From contig CM108483.1 of the NCBI GenBank assembly GCA_048537945.1, forward strand, positions 9,978,715 to 9,992,992: a DNA stretch of 14,278 nucleotides, given 5' to 3'. The notes beneath the pieces were generated by a model. The model had not been told where the DNA came from. It was given only the letters and a program-made list of their open reading frames with translations, and ran no database searches. Of the stretch, positions 7,675 to 14,278 are shown in pieces. The position numbers and the translations under genes are program-made. The stretch is from Mnemiopsis leidyi (Eukaryota). How positions within the stretch are numbered: the first letter of the stretch is position 1; the number at the start of each line of letters is the position of its first letter.

Positions 7675-9475
7675 TATTGTTGCTCCAATTGGATGGATGC
7701 CACATAATACTCCATTTATAATCACTATCAGGTCGATTCACCATTGAAAGCAATGGTGCCACTTGAAATGCAGTATATATGTTACCGTTGCTTTTACACA
7801 TCTCGAATAGCACCATTGTTAGTTATTAATGGTAGGCAATGGTGCCAACTGCCACCGGCCATTCAATTCCAGCCAAAGTTACATGACCAACTTTTCGAAA
7901 TGAAAGGGATAGTTGTGCAAGATACAAAAAAAGGCAATAAAATCATGTTACTAAAATCATGTAACCGAAAAAAAACAAAGTTAAAGTCAGAGGGTTTTCA
8001 CAATAACTAATTACTGGATTAAACATTCTCTAAAATCGTACATTTTGGAAACAATGATAAAAATTTGAGTTATGACAAGAATTGCACCTGCTTTGTTTGG
8101 TCTAAGGCTGACACTTATGACACGCTATGAAGTACACTTACGGTAGGGTGTCATAATTATTGGTAAGGCACTAGTTTTGAACAAAAATTTGGTCTACTCA
8201 GGCATCATGTAGCTGGCATAACTTTGCTTGTAACTTCGGTGCTGCACACTTCTTGTGAATAATATTGACATCGTTGGAAAGCTGAGGCATTTCTCCAAGA
8301 GCCAGTTTTGAATTGTTTAATTTCAATAATCCGAGTTGAGTTATGAGCAATTATGCCCTTTCTTGTTGAATTAATTACTTTTGTAAATATGTTTCCCCCA
8401 GCATGCCATATCTTTTGTTCAATACATTGGGGTAGTGATCATTAGTTAAATCGTTTCATAGTGTTTAATCATAGAGATTATACTAAACTACAACAATCTG
8501 CAAGCGGACACCAATATTGTATATTTTCTGCTATTTTATGCTAGCTACCCAATATTACTGCTAGCCACCCACTGTGTTATAAGGCATGCCTTTTCCATTG
8601 AAAGGAAGTTAAATACTAAAATACTAGGTGATTTCTAGAAAGACAAGATTTGATTTTTTAAGATGCTGGATCTTTGGAAATTGGTCAGTATGGTTAAATT
8701 TATATATCTTAAATTTTGAGGGTTTAAAAGACTCCAATTCCAATACTTCAACTAAACTACTGCAATTAGACCTCTTCATTTAGACTACTTTTTGCAATTA
8801 TAATACATTTTGAATATTGTTTTTAGCTGTGTTCTCCAAAGGATTTAGATGGTCTTAAGAGCCTTGACTACGATGGCTGGAGGGTAGGCCTCCATCTATG
8901 ATCTATATTCTACACCCTGAGCGTCTACAGGTTTTACAGCTCTCTATTCTTCATTCAACAAGTTTAGTAGAGACATTAATTTCTCAGTTTTGTGATCAGG
9001 TAACAATTATTTGTATTTAGGGTACCCAGGCTTAAAATTTTGTTGTACTGAAGTGACACCTTGATGATCTAAATATTTTGACAGAGACCTTCCTCGTTCA
9101 ACCCTCAATCACAGTTTTCTGGTCATTCGGCTAAGTCGACTGAAGAAGATTTTATTACAATGAACAACAAAGGACGTTTAAATGGGACCGATTGCACACA
9201 GGCATATAGTGTACATAATAAAAAGTGTACCTAAGCCACGCAATGGGTCCTGTAGAACGTCTTATGTTGTTCACTGTTAGCAAATGCCCATTGTGCACTC
9301 CTCTTAAGACTATTTCATTCAATGTTGAAAACCTTATACTTTATTTAGCCAGGTAAGCAATTGGGAATAGGAAAACGCCTATTTTAACTAGAATTCCCTC
9401 CTATCCACACAGTACTCGTTTCAATTGATAGCCCCTGGTCACTATAATATTTCATCACAAAACGAGCGTTACGGC

Positions 9476-9688
9476 AAAGTTATCTTATACCTAAAACTGA
9501 TAGCAAATCTGTCAGATAAAACAGTGATTGACAATGATTTAGAACTTTTGGAAGATTGGGAGAGCAAGTGGCTACTTGAATTTAATACTAATAAGTGCAA
9601 AGTACTTCATATAGAACATAATGACAATAAACACTTAGATTATGTGCTCCATAGTAATAAATTGAAAGAAACTGATCAAGAAAAAGAT
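9476..9688 (+). mobile_element. Internal fragment of a CR1-clade non-LTR retrotransposon (RT segment), same family as the minus-strand copy at 10095-11595 but inverted
   Basis: The translation 'KLIANLSDKTVIDNDLELLEDWESKWLLEFNTNKCKVLHIEHNDNKHLDYVLHSNKLKETDQEKD' is near-identical to residues ~113-178 of the minus-strand RT ORF. The nucleotide alignment with the reverse complement of ~10950-11165 is roughly 95% identical by eye. Homology stops abruptly at 9688. Confidence 0.75.
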
Positions 9689-10094
9689 ATAGTTTTCCTT
9701 ACTGATTTTGATCTTTCTATCGACGCAGACTATGGGCTAGGCCCTGTATCAGAAAGATACAAGGAGTGCTTTATCATTGGTTTACTCGTTTGGTCTTGGC
9801 ACACGCCGAGGCGGAAACTTACTTGAGCTTCCGCCTCTGCGAGTGTCCCTTGATGGGCGGTTATGTGTTTGTTTTTTTGCAGTGTTGCAGTGTTGAAACT
9901 CACTTAGATTTAGTTTATATTATCTATAAAGCAACAAAGCGTAGACGAGACGCATATTTTATATCTAATCATGACGGCTATAGCAATGTTTCATAAGCAC
10001 CCTTCACATGAACTCGTAATATTTTAATTTTCGATATGGAAAATAACTTGCAATACCCTAGTATAATATGAGACATTTTCTAAAACTATTCACA

Positions 10095-10125
10095 TAAATA
10101 AATAAATAAATAAATAACAAATAAT
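10095..10125. repeat. (AAAT)n microsatellite (LINE 3' tail)
   Basis: The sequence 'ataaataaataaataaataaataacaaataat' is seen directly. Confidence 0.9.
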
Positions 10126-11595
10126 GATGCCAGCATCATCACACCTATTCTCACAAAGTATCTAAAAAGCTTTAAAAATTAAAAAAATCTAAAAAAACCA
10201 AAAATTTAAATCCTAATTTATGTTAATAAACCTTTTTCTAGCTACAAAAGGGTTATCCTTGAGGAAACTATTATGTCTCATCTTATTCTCTAAATAACTT
10301 CCACTTTCAATACGGTTTAAGACCTCATCAGAAATATCCCAGAAGTTCCCACTACCATAAATTCCTAAAGCTTTAGTTTTTCTTTTAAAGATCTCCAAAT
10401 TAGACTTAAAAACATTTAAATTTAATGCTGTTTTCACCTCTATGGGTAGCTTATTCCAAAACAACATAACCCTTTCATTTAAAAAATTTCTTCGAATACG
10501 ATTTATCTTGGAAGCTTTACTCTTCCCTGGCTTACATACCAAATTAACTCCAGATCTACTAAAATTAAAGACTCCAGCTAACTGGGATAAGCCCTGGCTA
10601 GCTTTATAAACCTCAATCAGGTCACCTCTCGAACGTCTCTCAGCGAGAGTAGTCAGCTCTAGTATCCGCAGTCGCTCAGAGTAAGGAAGAAGGCCTACCC
10701 CTTCAATCATCCGCGTAAAGCGTCTCTGGACGCTCTCAATCCTCATTATCAAAGACCAATTTCCATGCTCTGCTGCAGGATTCCAAAGCTGAACACAATA
10801 TTCGAGATGTGGCCTGATCAAAGTCTTGTACACCCTAAGCATTAAAAATTTCTCTCTACTTATAAGGTTTCTAGATATCCAGCACAACATTTGATTGGCT
10901 TTACTAATACATGATTCAACCTGATCATTCCAAAGCAAGTTGCCAGAGGTAAGGACACCTAGATCTTTTTCCTGATCAGTTTCTTTCAATTTATTACCAT
11001 GGAGCACATAATCTAAGTGTTCATTATCATTATGTTCTATATGAAGTACTTTACATTTATTAGTATTAAATTCAAGTAGCCACTTTCTCTCCCAATCTTC
11101 CAAAAGTTTTAAATCATTGTCAACCACTGTTTTATCTGACAGATTTGCTATAAGTTTCAGGTCGTCAGCAAAAATCTTTACAACACTTTCCAAACAATCT
11201 GGTAGATCATTTATAAATAAAATAAATAGTAAAGGTCCCAAAACTGAACCCTGTGGTATTCCTGACAAAATATCTTTAAATGAAGAAAAGTTACCCTGCA
11301 AAGAAACCCTAAAAGTTCTACCAATTAAGAAATCCTTGATAACATCTAAAACTTTCCCATTGATTCCCAAGCATTCAAGCTTTAACAACAATCTTCTATG
11401 TGGCACTCTATCAAAGGCTTTTTTAAAATCAAAAAATAGAATGTCAACTGGAATGTCCTGCTCTAAGAGGTCCATTACACAGTCCATAGTTTCCAACAGA
11501 TTGCTCAGACACGATTTGCCTTTAACAAACCCATGTTGATGGGGGTTGATCTTATCTTCAACAAATACAAGAATTTCATCTCTTACCCCCTTGTT
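10095..11595 (-). mobile_element. 5'-truncated CR1-clade (Jockey superfamily; CR1/L2/Rex1-like) LINE: partial RT ORF, CR1-type C-terminal domain, 3'UTR and (ATTT)n microsatellite tail
   Basis: The minus ORF 10213..11496 (RT homology continues in frame to ~11590) carries RT motifs 'QHGFVKGKSCLSNL', 'FFDFKKAFDRVPH', 'GIPQGSVLGPLLFILFINDL' and 'KIFADDLKL'. It also carries the CR1-clade C-terminal signature 'LEYCVQLWNPAAE...VQRRFTRMIEG...LPYSERLRILELTTLAERRSRGDLIEVYK'. No endonuclease domain is present, so the copy is 5' truncated. The 3' end has an A/T-rich UTR (10140-10212) and ATAAATAAATAAATAAATAAATAA (10095-10125), which reads (ATTT)n on the element strand and is typical of CR1-type tails. 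Confidence 0.85.
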
Positions 11596-11746
11596 CCATG
11601 CCCGATTATTGCACTGTTATTATTACACTGTTATTTATCCAAAAAATAAATTTTTTTGGCCGTCTCGTTCCATGCCCATATATATCACTGTTATTATTTT
11701 TTGGCCGTCTTGTTCCATGCCCATATATATCACTGCTATATACGCT
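11589..11746. repeat. Minisatellite: about 2.5 copies of a ~45-bp unit (ttggccgtctYgttccatgcccatatatatcactgYtat...)
   Basis: Copies at 11657-11701 and 11702-11746 differ at about 3 positions, and a degenerate partial copy lies at 11589-11656. The array starts exactly where RT homology of the LINE ends. ORFs 11546..11770(+) and 11606..11857(-) are repeat artefacts. Confidence 0.8.
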
Positions 11747-12854
11747 GCTTTGTGCCAATTGATATACTAATACAATGAATGTGCGTGTAATATACAATGT
11801 ATGAGTCCTGAAAACAACAATATCAATCACCTTGCTGATGAGTTGCTGATCAGACACAAATTATATCTTTAAACAAGTATAAAAACCAAACAATAAAAAC
11901 CAAACATATAGTCGTGAATTGAGGCGATCCAGGAAAATTTGTTTTCTTTGGAATAAACCACAATGGTCCCACTGACCGTTTAATTAAATAAGAAAACTTA
12001 AATAGTTTGACGTGGAACCATTGACATAACTCTAATTGTTTGTTTTGCGAATCGAGATCTCTGATTGGATCAAGTTGGTTGGCTAATCATTACAAAGTCA
12101 CCTGACTTGACACCAATCAGCTGCGAGAAATATTGTCAAGCCATCACAACTGGTAGTTCAGACTTCCCACTTTTGAATTTGTAGTTGTCTAAAATGATGC
12201 TGAGTTTGCTCTTTTATAAAGATACTTTACGGCTCTGTTTAGTTTATTTCTCTCAATAGTTCAACTTGCTTTATTCTGGCAAGAACAACTTATATACTAT
12301 GCATTTGATTTTATGAAGCACTGAGTAAAGAAAATCAACCTAGACGTTTAAGTAGTTAATGTAAACACTACTCCGTTAAACTGGAAACTTGGAACTTTTG
12401 TAGTTGTTTATAACGCTCTAATCTTTGGAAATTTCGGAGGAATCATGTTTTTGATCGACTGTTCGAAACAACACGGACGATCTTTTGAAATATTTAAAGA
12501 TGAAGAATATAGTTTCCTCCTTTCCCCCAGTCTCATAATAGATTGATGTTTCCTGAAAATTTCCCTACAGCGCTCAAGTAACATGAATGTGAGACGCTTG
12601 CAGAGAATAAAGCTTTGTACCCTTGCTTTGGCTTCAATGATGGCCGCTATTGCTCACATCGTCTCCTCCAATTTGTCTCGCATATACCGAAATCCACCAC
12701 GGTTTGTTGAATTTGAGTTCAATAATTAGAACATATCATAAAGTTTTATATGTATCAATTTTGTGCTTTAAGAGTGACTTATCTCTCTAACTCTCTTTTA
12801 TCCATTATTATAGCCAATTTTTCTACATATTTGTACCTCTGAATCCTGATATTG

Positions 12855-13018
12855 CTCTGCTCCCTCCTTAGTTTGCTCTTTCTCCCTTCTTAGCCCCTTT
12901 TTTCGAATCGTCGATTCTTTACCCTCTTCACCCTTCTGTCCTTTGCTCCTGCTCTTCTCTTGTTTCCTCGTATGTTGCGTCTATTCTCTCGCTTCTTCTA
13001 AACCTCTTTCCTCCCATA
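12855..13018. repeat. Polypyrimidine (CT-rich) tract of ~165 bp immediately upstream of the Harbinger transposase ATG
   Basis: The sequence 'ctctgctccctccttagtttgctctttctcccttcttagcccctttttt...ctcttcacccttctgtcctttgctcctgctcttctcttgtttcctc...cctctttcctccc' is seen directly. Its composition resembles the reverse complement of the 6339-6473 GA tract. Confidence 0.8.
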
Positions 13019-13049
13019 ACACCTTTTATTTTCTGATGTCGAGTAAATA

Positions 13050-14222
13050 ATGGATCTGATTTTCAGATTCTGGGTGCGACCTTATCTGCGAAAAAGGCAA
13101 CGACTTGGGGCGATGCAAAACCAGTTTCATCATCTATTTCAACAATCAGAAACAGAGTTTAAGTCTTTCCTTAGACTTTCAAAAACTCAGTTTCACGAAG
13201 TTTTAAGTTTGATAGAGAACGATATCAGTAGTGATAGATCGACATCAAGGGAAGGCATATCTGCAAAAGAAAAATTCATGGTGACTCTTCGTTACTTAGC
13301 TGGGGGAGAGAGCCATTCCACCCTTAGTTTATACTTTATGATTGGTCGTCCGACCATTTCTAAATTTATTCCTAAAGTTCTGCAGGCCATAATACGTCGG
13401 TTGGGGCCTATCTATGGGAGAGTGCCAGACTCCGAAAGAGATTGGCTGGATATTGAAAGAAGGTTTGCTCACAGGTGGGACTATATCAACACAATTGGTG
13501 CTATTGACGGTAAGCATGTCATCATGATAAAGCCAAGAAAATCCGGTTCAACTTTTTACAATTACAAACAGACTTTCTCGATCAACCTCATGGGAATTGT
13601 GGGGGCAGACTATCAATTTTTAGCTTACGACATTGGATCACCTGGCAGAATGTCTGATTCAGGCATATGGAACAGATCTCCCCTGAAACCGATGTTTGAA
13701 CCATCATCAAGCAACAATCCTCTCAAGATCCCCAAACCTCATACTTTAGTGAGCCCATTGAACAATGTAGAAACTGGTCAGCATGCTCTTAACTATCATC
13801 TCATTGGAGATGACGGATTCGGTCTGAGTGTTCACTTGATGAAACCGTACAATGGGGCCAATCTCAGTGCAAGTCAGCTTATATTCAACTATCGTCTGTC
13901 GAGGGCAAGACAAGTTGTCGAGGTGGCATTCGGCATCTTGGCCAACCGCTTCCGCTGCTTGATAAACCGCCTTCATTGCAGTCCAGTAAATGCAAAACTG
14001 ATAGTCGAGGGTGCGGTTGTTTTGCACAATTATCTGATTTACCAAAAACCCATTGGCGAAAAAGAAGCTGGGGTAGCCAAGAGTCTCTGGTGCAGAGATT
14101 TCAAAAGCTCCAATCATAGGAACTACTCTTCAGCATCAGGAAGTGCTACTGAAATGAGAGACTACTTAAAAGAATTTTTTTTGTCTGCATACCCTATTGA
14201 CTCTCAATATGATACAATGTAA
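13050..14222 (+). CDS. Harbinger/PIF-superfamily DDE transposase (DDE_Tnp_4 / HARBI1-like nuclease), complete 390-aa single-exon ORF
   Basis: The N-terminal HTH region 'FWVRPYLRKRQRLGAMQNQFHHLFQQSETEFKSFLRLSKTQFHEVL...ISAKEKFMVTLRYLAGGESHSTLSLYFMIGRPTISKFI' matches the canonical Harbinger N-terminus ('WVRPWL.RR...G.Y..L..EL...D...F..FLRMS...F..LL...ER.A.TLRYLATG.S...L...F.IG.STVS'). The catalytic core is present: 'GAIDGKHVIMIKP' (D1), 'YNYKQTFSINLMGIVGADYQFLAYDIGSPGRMSDSGIW' (D2), 'YHLIGDDGFGLSVHLMKPY', and 'FNYRLSRARQVVEVAFGILANRFRCL' (E plus the family signature). There is no frameshift or internal stop. Confidence 0.88.
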   Translation: MDLIFRFWVRPYLRKRQRLGAMQNQFHHLFQQSETEFKSFLRLSKTQFHEVLSLIENDISSDRSTSREGISAKEKFMVTLRYLAGGESHSTLSLYFMIGRPTISKFIPKVLQAIIRRLGPIYGRVPDSERDWLDIERRFAHRWDYINTIGAIDGKHVIMIKPRKSGSTFYNYKQTFSINLMGIVGADYQFLAYDIGSPGRMSDSGIWNRSPLKPMFEPSSSNNPLKIPKPHTLVSPLNNVETGQHALNYHLIGDDGFGLSVHLMKPYNGANLSASQLIFNYRLSRARQVVEVAFGILANRFRCLINRLHCSPVNAKLIVEGAVVLHNYLIYQKPIGEKEAGVAKSLWCRDFKSSNHRNYSSASGSATEMRDYLKEFFLSAYPIDSQYDTM

Positions 14223-14278
14223 TGATTTTTATACTATTTTTATACTATTGCTACTACGCTAAGTTGGTAACGTTTAAA

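Noticed and set aside
7744-8010. ORF of 88 aa upstream of BBS1
   Set aside because: It has no recognisable homology and overlaps the CACCATTG motif cluster. It is probably non-coding promoter or intergenic sequence.
11117-11539. Plus-strand ORF of 140 aa
   Set aside because: It is antisense to the LINE RT reading frame and has no homology. It is a by-product of the A/T-rich coding strand.
9476-11595. LINE twin-priming inversion
   Set aside because: The inverted fragment overlaps sequence already present in the larger copy. It is about 95% identical rather than 100%, and it is separated from the larger copy by ~400 bp of unrelated sequence.
11589-11746. CRISPR-like array
   Set aside because: Only about 2.5 copies of a 45-bp unit are present, directly adjacent with no unique spacers, in a eukaryotic context. 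It is a minisatellite.
1-14278. A prokaryotic defence island or novel operon-type system
   Set aside because: The window has eukaryotic gene architecture: a multi-exon BBS1 with canonical GT-AG introns in consistent phase, a CR1 LINE, a Harbinger transposase, a hAT MITE and AT-rich intergenic DNA. There are no operon-like ORF arrays.

Overview
This window reads as eukaryotic nuclear DNA from an AT-rich metazoan (probably invertebrate) genome, not a prokaryotic locus. It shows clear GT-AG introns, a ciliary gene and nested transposable elements.

Part 1, described features:
- A compact four-exon BBS1 (Bardet-Biedl syndrome 1, BBSome subunit) gene on the minus strand spans about 7148 to 3434. 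All three intron phases are resolved and the predicted product is 578 aa.
- A GC-rich single-exon gene (minus, 1595-1981) encodes a 128-aa four-TM protein of the DMT/SMR type, most like TMEM234.
- Intron 1 of BBS1 holds a 291-bp hAT-type MITE with perfect 13-bp TIRs and a perfect 8-bp TSD. It also holds a ~135-bp polypurine tract and a tRNA B-box-like / CRE-palindrome segment.
- Intron 3 carries a tandem duplication of the exon 3 / intron 3 junction, including a decayed copy of the donor site.
- Upstream of BBS1 lies a TE-rich block. It contains an internal CR1-clade LINE fragment (plus, ~9476-9688) and a 5'-truncated CR1-clade LINE copy (minus, ~10095-11595) with an (ATTT)n tail. A 45-bp minisatellite sits at the LINE truncation point.
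- A complete 390-aa Harbinger/PIF-type DDE transposase ORF (plus, 13050-14222) has its N-terminal HTH and D-D-E residues intact. A ~165-bp polypyrimidine tract lies directly upstream of it.

Part 2: I found no novel multi-gene system in this window. The items most worth a second look are:
- the apparently intact Harbinger transposase, which could be an active element or a domesticated gene;
- the young hAT MITE;
- the duplicated splice junction;
- the compositionally anomalous SMR/TMEM234-like gene;
- several small repeat and motif clusters in the putative BBS1 promoter and 3'UTR.
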